This document shows positions 23,094-31,918 of a DNA stretch of 64,000 bases, piece by piece. Both the position numbers and the translations under genes were made by a program. How positions within the stretch are numbered: the stretch's first letter is position 1; each line of letters opens with the position of its first letter. The DNA is from a bacterium (GTDB lineage Bacteria > UBA10199 > 2-02-FULL-50-16 > JAJFLM01), in NCBI GenBank assembly GCA_965216315.1, contig CBDCFN010000016.1, forward strand, positions 1,248,001 to 1,312,000, given 5' to 3'. The notes under the pieces are model-generated. The model ran no database searches. It saw only the letters and a list, made by a program, of their open reading frames with translations, and was not told the origin of the DNA.

Positions 23094-24270
23094 TCATAGC
23101 TGTACGGTACGTACCGCTAACGAACTCGATATTCCAGGCATTCAGAAGATGTTCCATGACAGCTATGGAGATGACTATCCTTATCACGGTTTCTATGAGG
23201 CAGCTTGGATCAAGCATGCCCTCTATAACGATAACATTGCGATGTTTGTGGCGGAAGACCCAGCGACCCATGAACTGCTTGGTTCGGCGTCTTTGGACTT
23301 TAGTGTGGGTGCCTTTACAGACCTGTTAGCAGAATTTGGGCGCTTGGTTGTTACCCCGGAAGCTCGTTGTCGCGGGGTTGGGCATGCTTTGATGAAAAAG
23401 CGTGTAGAGTATGTGGAGGACAAAATCCATATCGGAATCGTTGAGAACAGAGTCGTTCATCCCTATTCGCAAATGATTTCTCACGCTCATGGCTTTACGC
23501 CGGTGGGATTTCTTCCCCTGAAACACCTTTTCCACGCGCGTGAGAGTTTGAGCCTATTTGTGCGCTATTTTCAAGACGCCCTGAATTATCGAAAACCCGT
23601 TCCTCGGGTCATACCTGAAGTTCAACAATTGGCACAACTTGCGCTGGCAAGTCTGGGAATTGATAACGACCTTGAGGTTATGAGCGGCGCGCAACCCTAT
23701 ACACATCGAGTCCAGTTTGATTTAGAAGAACTTAAAAATAGTGTCTTGCCGGCGCTACTGCATATTGAGCGGGGAAGGCTGAGCCATCGGGAAGTCTTTG
23801 GGCCGGCGCGGCTTCATTATGGTTTTTTTCGCCTTCATGCCCGTCATGCCCAATATTTTATTGCGAGAGATCAGGCCCCTAAAGGTGAAATTGCGGGGGC
23901 CATTGGCTTTATTCGCGATAAACTGGAGAAAAGCCTTCGCATCTTCGAGCTGATAACCCCAAACGATGATGCCATTTATTTTCTACTCAAATCCTTATTG
24001 GATAAATGCCAGCAGCAGTGGGGACTGGAATATATCGAGGTTGATGTCAGCGCTTACGCGCCAAGGCTGCAACAGACCTTAATCGAGCTCGGTTTTGTCC
24101 CCGCCGCCTATCTTCCGGCCATGGCCTTCCATCAAATCGAACGGGTGGATGTAATCAAGATGTGTCGATTGCTCGTCCCGCTCGATGTTGGTGGGATTCA
24201 GCTAGCAAAGGACAATCAACGACAAATTGCAGACCTGGTAATTCAATCTATTCATGAAAAAATCCGCTAA
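23077..24270 (+). CDS. GNAT family N-acetyltransferase (tandem GNAT-like)
   Basis: GRLVVTPEARCRGVG acetyl-CoA-binding motif A. Start uncertain (TTG overlapping the upstream stop). Confidence 0.75.
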   Translation: MPNKASHSCTVRTANELDIPGIQKMFHDSYGDDYPYHGFYEAAWIKHALYNDNIAMFVAEDPATHELLGSASLDFSVGAFTDLLAEFGRLVVTPEARCRGVGHALMKKRVEYVEDKIHIGIVENRVVHPYSQMISHAHGFTPVGFLPLKHLFHARESLSLFVRYFQDALNYRKPVPRVIPEVQQLAQLALASLGIDNDLEVMSGAQPYTHRVQFDLEELKNSVLPALLHIERGRLSHREVFGPARLHYGFFRLHARHAQYFIARDQAPKGEIAGAIGFIRDKLEKSLRIFELITPNDDAIYFLLKSLLDKCQQQWGLEYIEVDVSAYAPRLQQTLIELGFVPAAYLPAMAFHQIERVDVIKMCRLLVPLDVGGIQLAKDNQRQIADLVIQSIHEKIR

Positions 24271-24317
24271 CTCCATTGAATTAAGGGTTAGCGGACTTTA
24301 TTGAGTCATTATATATG

Positions 24318-24390
<73 letters not shown>

Positions 24391-24394
24391 GTAA

Positions 24395-24470
24395 TAGGGG
24401 CTAGCGTCGCCCCCTCCGGTCGGCAAAGCCGCCGGAGCCTCCCCCTCTCGTTCGCATTACTCACTAGGGG
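24395..24470 (+). repeat. ~76-bp structured interspersed repeat, copy 1
   Basis: Near-identical to the reverse complement of 26900-26975; internal CTCCGGTCGGC-AAA-GCCGCCGGAG hairpin. Confidence 0.85.
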
Positions 24471-24537
24471 GATTTCCTCAAAGGAGACAGCTACTTAAGG
24501 GATTAGGGTGGGGTTTGGCAAGGGCTTTTTGTTGGAC

Positions 24538-24647
24538 TTATCCACAGCTCGTGCCCAGGAAAAAATCGGCAAAGAATCAAATCAAGTAAAATCAACTTTC
24601 TGCTGCCTGTGATTATGTTGAAAAAGTTATCCACAGCTTGTGGATAA
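24538..24647. promoter_or_regulatory. Three consensus DnaA boxes followed by an AT-rich tract
   Basis: TTATCCACA at 24538 and 24627, TGTGGATAA at 24639; AT-rich sequence at 24648-24730. Confidence 0.75.
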
Positions 24648-24800
24648 AAAAAGTAGCAATTTTTTTATAAGTAATTTCAGTGGATTAAAAAAATGTGAAT
24701 TTTGGCTATTGTCGATTTTGCTTTTTCGTAGTTTAACCCTGTTCATCAAGACGACATAGACATATAATCCTTGATAAAGCTTTTAGCAGGATCTTTGAAA

Positions 24801-25378
24801 TTCAATCTATCGTTTAGGGAAGAACCTGAACTGCCACTTGTTGGCGTCAGTAAGTGACTTCGAATCAATTCGAATCTGCAGCCAAGAGCTTTTCGTGAGT
24901 TAAGCTCTCTGTGGAGGGTCCGGAACCAGGGTTGACGATGTCGCTGAACAGCAAGTCGTAAGCAGGCACAAAGGTCATAATGGAGGAAGCAGCCGAAAGG
25001 TGACTTCACATCCGTTATCTCGATAAACTCTAAAGACCAGCGAGCGAGTATTCTTCGGGAGACTCAGGAGCAAGGTCATAAGAGTGGGGATCTGGAAGCA
25101 GAGACTAAGAGATGATGGAAAAAGCCATAGAGGCCCCTGGAAACCCCATAAGAGGACAGACAAGCAAAGTTTCCGGATCCAAGGAGGCAGAACTTGTCGG
25201 CGCCCATGGACGGCAAAAATCCCTGAAGCTGAGGCGGCCGGGTTAGAACTTGGGTATCCGCTCAAGCCGCTCGGAGAAACCCAACAGCAAGAGGGAATGG
25301 GAGCCTGAAAGGGCCACCGCCAACCATGAGTGTTACGCCACTCTAGAGGGGAGTAAGTTCTCTGAACGATAGATTGAA
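24801..25378 (+). ncRNA. Large structured non-coding RNA candidate (~580 nt, family unassigned)
   Basis: 21-bp terminal stem with two G-U pairs, many internal helices, UUCG/GAAA tetraloops, no credible ORF, downstream terminator. Confidence 0.75.
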
Positions 25379-25380
25379 CG

Positions 25381-25412
25381 CAAAAGCCCGAATCGAAAGG
25401 TTCGGGCTTTTG
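25381..25412 (+). terminator. Intrinsic terminator after the ncRNA candidate
   Basis: CAAAAGCCCGAATC-GAAA-GGTTCGGGCTTTTG hairpin. Confidence 0.8.
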
Positions 25413-25437
25413 TGCGTTTATCAAAGGAGCTTTCCAA

Positions 25438-25531
25438 TTAAATCCCTCCTAGCCTCCCTTTACAAAGGGAGGGACATCAAGTGGCAACCGTTATCTCCCC
25501 CTTTTGTAAAGGGGGACTAAGGGGGATTTAA
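25438..25531. repeat. REP-like inverted repeat (AATCCC...CCCTTT..AAAGGG type)
   Basis: TAAATCCCTCCTAGCCTCCCTTTACAAAGGGAG ... CTCCCCCTTTTGTAAAGGGGGACTAAGGGGGATTTA; two hairpin units in inverted orientation. Confidence 0.7.
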
Positions 25532-25947
25532 GCTGAGAGCGCCTTCGCCCTACGATACCAGGTAAAGGCGATGCCGAGTATTCCCATCAGGAGAGCATAG
25601 ACGAGAATACCGAGGAAGAGGACGCCGGATTGGGCGCCCTTGACGAGCTCGGAGTTCGGATCCTTAAAACAGACGGCGCAGGCCCATACAGAGCGACTCA
25701 GTAGCGGTGAAAACATGACGCTCAGGACAGTCAGGGCGAGGACCGCCTCGGGGAGCCGACGCATCTTTTGGCGGAACCAATAGCCGTAGAATGCCAATAC
25801 GACGATCATGACGACAGCGATGACACCGAGCCAAAGATGATTCGCGTCGCCGCTGCTCCGGTAACCCTGGAGACCCCACAGTGCGAGGATAATCGCGACG
25901 GTCAAGGAGCAACAGATAAAGAAGATGTGAAAGGCTTTAAGATTCAT
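25528..25947 (-). CDS. Membrane protein at the end of the cox operon
   Basis: Several TM helices, ACAVCF motif; co-oriented and adjacent to subunit IV. Confidence 0.7.
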   Translation of the reverse strand: MNLKAFHIFFICCSLTVAIILALWGLQGYRSSGDANHLWLGVIAVVMIVVLAFYGYWFRQKMRRLPEAVLALTVLSVMFSPLLSRSVWACAVCFKDPNSELVKGAQSGVLFLGILVYALLMGILGIAFTWYRRAKALSA

Positions 25948-25952
25948 AACCC

Positions 25953-26252
25953 TTATAATGCCAAATCGGAGTCATTAAGCACAGGAATTGCGAGGCAGAC
26001 CGCAAAGAAAAAGATCGTGAAGCCCAGAACCCAAAAGACCAGGCCACGTTCGGAGATGAGGTGCATAAAGTAGGTTGCCACGAGTCCGGCCTTAATGCAG
26101 GCGACGAAGAGGGCGACGATAATGGCCATGGTCATATTAAGGTCCAGATAACTGACAGCCACGGTTACAACCGTCAAACCGGCCAGGGCTGCAAAGACCG
26201 CCATATAGATCTTAATGTGCTTGTTTATCTCTTCTGCGGTATGTCCCGCCAT
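25953..26252 (-). CDS. Cytochrome c oxidase subunit IV family
   Basis: LAGLTVVTV..., KAGLVATYFMHL motif; position in operon. Confidence 0.85.
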   Translation of the reverse strand: MAGHTAEEINKHIKIYMAVFAALAGLTVVTVAVSYLDLNMTMAIIVALFVACIKAGLVATYFMHLISERGLVFWVLGFTIFFFAVCLAIPVLNDSDLAL

Positions 26253-26267
26253 CGAAACCTCCGTGTG

Positions 26268-26867
26268 TTACAATAAATATAAAGACGGAAATAGAAAAAT
26301 CCAGACGATATCGACAAAATGCCAATATAATCCTGATGACTCCACTCGTCCCAAATACATTTCAGGATTTGATTTCCAGAGCTTAAAACCAGGCAGCAGC
26401 AAATAGGCATTGATGATAATGCCGCCAATGACGTGGAGCCCGTGGAGTCCCGTGATAGTGAAGTATATCCCGTAAAAATTATGGGTCGACGGCAGCAGGC
26501 CATGATGAAATTTCGCTGAATATTCAAAGTATTTAATGACCAAGAAAGCGAAAGAAAGCAGCAGGGTCAGGGTCATAAACATTTTGTATCGACCCACTTT
26601 TTTCAACGCTAAAGACGCCCATGCCATCACGATAGTCACACTGGAGCCGATGAGTACCATCGTGTTCAGGGTGGCGAGCGGAACATTGAGACCGGTTTCA
26701 TGGTGAGAGGGCCACGAGGGATCGCCGGTTCTTAACAGGATATAGGCCGAGAAGAGGCCCCCAAATAGCATGACTTCAGAGGCCAAAAAGAGCCAGGTGC
26801 CTAGCTTCGCGTTGGTCATGCCCGTTAAGGGGTGGGGATGATCTATGTACTTAATTAGCGCTGACAT
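26268..26867 (-). CDS. ctaE: Cytochrome c oxidase subunit III
   Basis: WLFLASEVMLF, TGLHGLHV, LYWHFVDIVW. Confidence 0.93.
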   Translation of the reverse strand: MSALIKYIDHPHPLTGMTNAKLGTWLFLASEVMLFGGLFSAYILLRTGDPSWPSHHETGLNVPLATLNTMVLIGSSVTIVMAWASLALKKVGRYKMFMTLTLLLSFAFLVIKYFEYSAKFHHGLLPSTHNFYGIYFTITGLHGLHVIGGIIINAYLLLPGFKLWKSNPEMYLGRVESSGLYWHFVDIVWIFLFPSLYLL

Positions 26868-26899
26868 ACCTTCAAACTCCTTCTACTTTCGTTATCCTA

Positions 26900-26975
26900 C
26901 CCCTAGTGAGCAAAGCGAGCGAGAGGGGGAGGCTCCAGCGGCTTTGCCGACTGGAGGGGGCGACGCCAGCCCCTA
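26900..26975 (-). repeat. ~76-bp structured interspersed repeat, copy 2
   Basis: Inverted copy of 24395-24470 between subunits I and III; overlaps the subunit I stop codon. Confidence 0.85.
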
Positions 26976-28694
26976 CGGATGATACTGGGGCCAGTAATCG
27001 GCTTCATGACCCGGTACGCTGTATTCATACGGACCTCTAAAGACCTTGGGAGATCCGATAAAGTTGCCATGGGGCGGTGGGGTCGGCGTGTTCCATTCCA
27101 AGGTCGTGGCTTGCCATGGGTTGTCCGACTCGACCTGTTTCCCTTTCTTAATGCTTATGAAGAAATTGATGATAAAGAAGATCTGGGCGAGCCCTAACAA
27201 CCACGCACTGTAGGACATAAAGACGTTGGTGCCCTGAACCGCTTTAGCGGTCTCATAAAGGGTCGGGTCATAAAGGCGCCGGTTAACTCCGGCAAATCCT
27301 TGAATAAACATCGGCATGAAGATGCCGTTCATTGCAATAAAGGAGAGCCAGAAGTGTATTTTGCCCAGGGTACTGCTCATGAATCGCCCCGTCACTTTGG
27401 GGAACCAGTAATAGATTCCGGCAAAGAGGGCAAAAATGGTTCCCGGGGCGACGACGTAGTGAAAGTGGCCAATGACATAATAGGTGTCATGAAAATGAAT
27501 GTCGGAGGCGGCAAGACCTAAAGGAAGACCTGTCAGGCCGCCGATAGCGAACATGGGTAAAAAGGCCAGGGCAAAGAGCATTGGGACGTTATAGCGGATC
27601 GAGCCTCCCCAGAGGGTAATCAAGAGGACCGTTAAAATGATAACCGAGGGAACGGAGATAATCATCGTCGTCGCCTGGAAGAAGTTACTCATCGTTGTCC
27701 CCATACCCGTGATAAACATGTGATGAGCCCAGACAACGAAGGACATGAAGCCGAGGAAAAAAACGGAATAGACGAGTGTTTTGTAGCCGTAGAGTGGTTT
27801 CCGCGTATTGTTTGCGATGATTTCCGAGATGATACCCATGGCCGGAAGAATCAAGACGTAAACCTCCGGATGCGCTAAAAACCAAAAAAGGTGCTGCCAT
27901 AGCAGCGGGCTGCCGCCACCGGCCGCCTCGATCGGCGCCCCTCCGACGACGAGTCCGCTGGGCATAAAGAAGCTCGTGCCCGCGAGTCGGTCCATGAGCT
28001 GAAAGATGCCGGCGGCTTCGAGCGGTGGGAAGGCCAACAGGAGTAGAAACGAGGTGACAAATTGCGCCCAGACTAAGAACGGTAAGCGCATAAAGCTCAA
28101 ACCTTCAGCCCGGAGATGGATAATGGTTGCGAGTATGTTAACTGAGCCCAAGAGTGACGATGTAATCAGGAAGACCATGCCAATCAGCCAAACGGTTTGC
28201 CCGGTCGTCGCTATATTGGAGAGCGGGGGATAGGAGGTCCAGCCTGAGTTGGCGGCACCACCCGGAACAAAAAATCCAATGAGCATGACGACGCCGCCGA
28301 CGAAATAGACCCAATAACTCATCATGTTAAGTTTGGGATAGGCCATGTCCGGAGCACCGATTTGCAGCGGAACGAGATAGTTCCCAAAGGCCCCGACGGC
28401 CAATGGCACGACCCCTAAAAAGATCATAATCGTGCCGTGCATCGCGCCGAGTGAATTATAGAACTCCGGCAACATGACGCCGCCCGGCATAGAGGTCTCG
28501 CTAAAGAGCCCGCCGATAAGTGGAATCGGTTGGTAAGGATAAGCCAATTGCCACCGCATCAACATCATGAGGCAGAAGCCAAAAAAGAGGAAGCAGAGCG
28601 CCGTGATCCCGTACTGAATGCCGATGACCTTGTGATCGGTAGAGAAGATGTATTTTTGAATAAAATTCAATTCGTGATGATCGTGCTCACTCAT
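26973..28694 (-). CDS. ctaD: Cytochrome c oxidase subunit I (A-type heme-copper)
   Basis: STDHK, GWTSYPPL, HPEVY, WAHHMF, HFHY. Confidence 0.96.
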   Translation of the reverse strand: MSEHDHHELNFIQKYIFSTDHKVIGIQYGITALCFLFFGFCLMMLMRWQLAYPYQPIPLIGGLFSETSMPGGVMLPEFYNSLGAMHGTIMIFLGVVPLAVGAFGNYLVPLQIGAPDMAYPKLNMMSYWVYFVGGVVMLIGFFVPGGAANSGWTSYPPLSNIATTGQTVWLIGMVFLITSSLLGSVNILATIIHLRAEGLSFMRLPFLVWAQFVTSFLLLLAFPPLEAAGIFQLMDRLAGTSFFMPSGLVVGGAPIEAAGGGSPLLWQHLFWFLAHPEVYVLILPAMGIISEIIANNTRKPLYGYKTLVYSVFFLGFMSFVVWAHHMFITGMGTTMSNFFQATTMIISVPSVIILTVLLITLWGGSIRYNVPMLFALAFLPMFAIGGLTGLPLGLAASDIHFHDTYYVIGHFHYVVAPGTIFALFAGIYYWFPKVTGRFMSSTLGKIHFWLSFIAMNGIFMPMFIQGFAGVNRRLYDPTLYETAKAVQGTNVFMSYSAWLLGLAQIFFIINFFISIKKGKQVESDNPWQATTLEWNTPTPPPHGNFIGSPKVFRGPYEYSVPGHEADYWPQYHP

Positions 28695-28700
28695 CTTGTA

Positions 28701-29519
28701 TTAACCTTTCTTAGCTGCCTCGGGTGAGCCCTCTGGCTCGCTGGGAGCTTCCGTTTTGGCTGGCTCCTCTAAATTCAGGTAGCTCGTTTCTTCTTTGAGC
28801 CAGGCTTGATATTTTTCATCTTCTTCAATGACGACAAATCCTCGCATGCGCGAATGCCCCAAGCCGCATAATTGAGCGCATTGGATGTCAAACTGTCCGG
28901 TCTGGGTCGCTTCAAACCACATAGGAATATCCAGGCCCGGAATCGCATCCTGTTTGACCCGCAAGACGGGGACCGAAAAGCTGTGAATGACGTCAATTGT
29001 CGATAAATGCACGATAACGGGTTTATTGACCGGAAAATGGAACTGATTGACGGAAATAATATCGTCGCGTCCGGCGGGATCCTTACGATCGACGCCAATC
29101 GGGTTATCACCGGTGATCAGTTCGACCTTCGTGGGTCCGAATTTGCCGTCCAGCCCCGGATAATGGATGTTCCACGCAAATTGCTGAGCGACGACGCGAA
29201 CGACCGTGGCCTTGTTTTCCTCCGGAAAGTCCGTTTTCAATTTAGACCAGACGGGAAATGAGAGTCCGACCAACAAAAAAACCTCGAAGAGAACAACGCC
29301 CACTTCGAGGTACTTTGGAAACTTACTGTGCGCCGATTCATAGCTGGCTTTATGTCCTTGGCGCTGTCGAAACCGAACCAAACAGTATAGAAGGTAGATT
29401 CCCCAGCCAACGAACAGGGCGACCATAAAGACGTGAAGGACGATAATCAGGTTGTCAATTGCAGCGCCGTGCGTCGAGATGTCAGGTGGTAAGCCCCAGC
29501 CATATTTCGCTTCTGTCAT
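28701..29519 (-). CDS. ctaC: Cytochrome c oxidase subunit II
   Basis: DVIHSF and CuA motif CAQLCGLGHSRM. Confidence 0.94.
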   Translation of the reverse strand: MTEAKYGWGLPPDISTHGAAIDNLIIVLHVFMVALFVGWGIYLLYCLVRFRQRQGHKASYESAHSKFPKYLEVGVVLFEVFLLVGLSFPVWSKLKTDFPEENKATVVRVVAQQFAWNIHYPGLDGKFGPTKVELITGDNPIGVDRKDPAGRDDIISVNQFHFPVNKPVIVHLSTIDVIHSFSVPVLRVKQDAIPGLDIPMWFEATQTGQFDIQCAQLCGLGHSRMRGFVVIEEDEKYQAWLKEETSYLNLEEPAKTEAPSEPEGSPEAAKKG

Positions 29520-29739
29520 AGGAAATGCATCCTTAAAAAAAGTGATGAAAAGCTAAATAAACCCTTTAATTTCATGAAGGTGCCTCCACGTAGCATAGAC
29601 ATTTGCGAGGCGTCAAGAAGAGATCTGAGCTAGATCATATTGATCCAGCTCATGGCGGCACCTGATCTGCGTGGGTGCAAGTTGACAGGGTTGTTGCGGC
29701 GGTGCTAGACCGGCGAGACACGAAACTCTAGAAAATTCT

Positions 29740-30630
29740 ATGCAATCCACCGACTTATTATCGATTTCCCATCCGCGACATCAAGTTGTTACGCACTTGA
29801 TAGAACTCACCAAGCCGCGCCTGACATTTCTCGTTATTTTTACGACTTCCATTGGCATGTGGCTCGCGCCGCAGAGTCTCTCCTTGGGGCGTATCATTAT
29901 AACCTTGGTCGGCATGTTGGCTGCGGTTGGGGGAGTCAATGCCCTTAACATGTATCTTGAACGCGATGTGGATGCCTTGATGGAACGAACTCGGACGCGG
30001 CCGCTGCCTGCGGGCCGAATGGCACCTCGAACCGCACTGGCTTTTGGACTCATTGTTGCCGCGGCAGGCGTCGTTCTCTTGGCCTGGGGTGTCAACCTGA
30101 TCTCAGGACTCATTACCTTAATAGCCGTCGTGAGTTATGTGATGCTTTATACACCGCTCAAACAATTTACCCCGTCGGCGCTCTATGTCGGTGCCGTGCC
30201 GGGGGCCTTGCCGCCGCTGATTGGGTGGGTCGCGGCAACGGGACGGGTCGATTTGCCGGCTTTAGCGCTCTTTGCCACGATGTTTTGGTGGCAAATCCCT
30301 CACTTTCTGGCCATTGCCTTGTTTCGACACCGTGATTATGAACGCGCCGGCATCTTGACCTTGCCGGTCGCCAAGGGTATTGCGCGGACGAAGTGGCATA
30401 TTCTGTGGGGTGTCCTCTGTCTTATTCCAACGAGTGTGGCCTTGGTTCCACTCCAGGCGGCCGGTACCTTATATTTAGTAACGGCGTTGTTAATGGGCGG
30501 GTTGTTTCTAGTTGTGAGTCTGCAGGGTTTTAGCGTCACCTCGATGGAGCGTTGGGCTCGCCGGCTTTTTATCGTGTCATTGTTGTACTTGACGGTTGTT
30601 TTTACGGTTCTCTTTATCCCCACCGCCTAA
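29740..30630 (+). CDS. ctaB: Protoheme IX farnesyltransferase (heme O synthase)
   Basis: LTKPR, NMYLERDVD..MERT..RP, YTPLK, WQIPHF, DY.RAG. Confidence 0.93.
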   Translation: MQSTDLLSISHPRHQVVTHLIELTKPRLTFLVIFTTSIGMWLAPQSLSLGRIIITLVGMLAAVGGVNALNMYLERDVDALMERTRTRPLPAGRMAPRTALAFGLIVAAAGVVLLAWGVNLISGLITLIAVVSYVMLYTPLKQFTPSALYVGAVPGALPPLIGWVAATGRVDLPALALFATMFWWQIPHFLAIALFRHRDYERAGILTLPVAKGIARTKWHILWGVLCLIPTSVALVPLQAAGTLYLVTALLMGGLFLVVSLQGFSVTSMERWARRLFIVSLLYLTVVFTVLFIPTA

Positions 30631-31055
30631 TGGCTGAATGGCTCCCTCATCTCAATGCAACACTGAACGGCGGGAGTGCCCTCTGTCTCATCGGTGGCTG
30701 GTGGGCCATCCGTCGCCGCGCGATTACGCAGCATCGTCTATTGATGATGACGGCATTGTTTTTCTCTATTGTATTTCTCATCAGTTATTTGATTCGTTTT
30801 TATCTGACGGGAACGCATCGTTATCAAAGCGATGGTTGGGATCGAATCGTTTATTTGGTGATACTTGGGACGCATACGCCTTTGGCCGCTTTCGTTCCTT
30901 TCTTGGCGGCGCGAAGTATTTATCTGGCGATTAAAGAGCGCTTCGAGGCGCATCGCAAATGGGCTCGCATTACCTTGCCGATCTGGCTCTATGTTTCACT
31001 TACCGGGGTTACTATCTATTACATGCTCTATCACTACTCAGGGAGTGCGTCATGA
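30630..31055 (+). CDS. DUF420 family membrane protein
   Basis: LPHLNATLN, HRKWARITLPIWLYVS.TG; typical cox-linked gene. Confidence 0.85.
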   Translation: MAEWLPHLNATLNGGSALCLIGGWWAIRRRAITQHRLLMMTALFFSIVFLISYLIRFYLTGTHRYQSDGWDRIVYLVILGTHTPLAAFVPFLAARSIYLAIKERFEAHRKWARITLPIWLYVSLTGVTIYYMLYHYSGSAS

Positions 31056-31918
31056 TTAAAAGTCTGGCCTGGGTGACACTTTCACTGACTTTTTGTCTGA
31101 TGCTGTTGGGGGGCGTCGTGCATAGCACCGGATCAAGCCTGGCCTGTCCTGATTGGCCGCTATGTTACGGTCAAGTGATGCCGGAGATGAAGGGTGGGGT
31201 GGCGATTGAGCATAGCCATCGTCTCTTAGGGGCCAGCGTCGGCTTGTGTACACTTCTGCTGATGATTGCCGCGTGCCGGAAATCGAATCCAGATCGAGTC
31301 GTCAAACGTTTAAGTATGCTCGCCCTGGGTTTAGTGATCTTCCAAGGGGTGCTCGGGGGGCTGACGGTCATTTATCGTTTGCCCACTGCCATTTCAACCG
31401 CCCATCTTTCTACGGCGATGATCTTTTTTTCTATAATTCTTTGGATTGCCCTGCGCGCCACATTTAATACACATCGAAGAACCCAGCCTTACGCGAAATG
31501 GGTGATGCTGGCGACCGTAAGCGTTTATGCGCAAATCGTATTGGGTGCCTTAGTGCGACATACCGGCGCGGGTATTGTCTGTCCGGATATCCCGTTTTGT
31601 TTCGGTCAGGCCTGGCCGCTCGAGCTGCATCCGACAACGCGATTGCATATGTTGCATCGCTATCTGGGGATTGCCGTGGCGGCAGTTGTCTGTGTGTCGG
31701 CATTTCAGACGCTTCGACAGGTTGTCGATTCATTGGCGATTCGCAATCTCGCGGTAACGGCAATTGTCCTCGTCTGTTTTCAAATTGTCTTAGGTATCAT
31801 GAGCGTGCAAACGAGTTTAGCGACTCCGATGATTACGGCGCACCTGGGAACCGGTGCGCTCATCTTAGCGTCTTTATTAGCCCTTATCTATTTTAAGTCC
31901 CACCCGGGCGTTGAATGA
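31052..31918 (+). CDS. ctaA: Heme A synthase (COX15/CtaA)
   Basis: GSSLACPDWPLC, EHSHR, second-half CPDIPFC and HMLHR. Confidence 0.9.
   Translation: MIKSLAWVTLSLTFCLMLLGGVVHSTGSSLACPDWPLCYGQVMPEMKGGVAIEHSHRLLGASVGLCTLLLMIAACRKSNPDRVVKRLSMLALGLVIFQGVLGGLTVIYRLPTAISTAHLSTAMIFFSIILWIALRATFNTHRRTQPYAKWVMLATVSVYAQIVLGALVRHTGAGIVCPDIPFCFGQAWPLELHPTTRLHMLHRYLGIAVAAVVCVSAFQTLRQVVDSLAIRNLAVTAIVLVCFQIVLGIMSVQTSLATPMITAHLGTGALILASLLALIYFKSHPGVE

Noticed and set aside
25097..25113. CAGAGACTAAGAG resembles the group I intron R element
   Set aside because: No complementary S element (ATAGTC) downstream and no interrupted host gene.
24801..25378. RNase P RNA, tmRNA or group II intron as the identity of the large RNA
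   Set aside because: No GAGGAAAGTCC P4 motif, no tRNA-like GGGG...CCA ends, no GTGCG start or domain V seen.
24746..25424. Short ORFs of 74-149 aa across the non-coding region
   Set aside because: No convincing RBS or motifs; they overlap a region better explained by RNA structure and a terminator.
24395..26975. Inverted 76-bp copies as the ends of a transposon or invertible segment
   Set aside because: The enclosed DNA is half of an intact cox operon with no transposase or recombinase; independent insertions are simpler.
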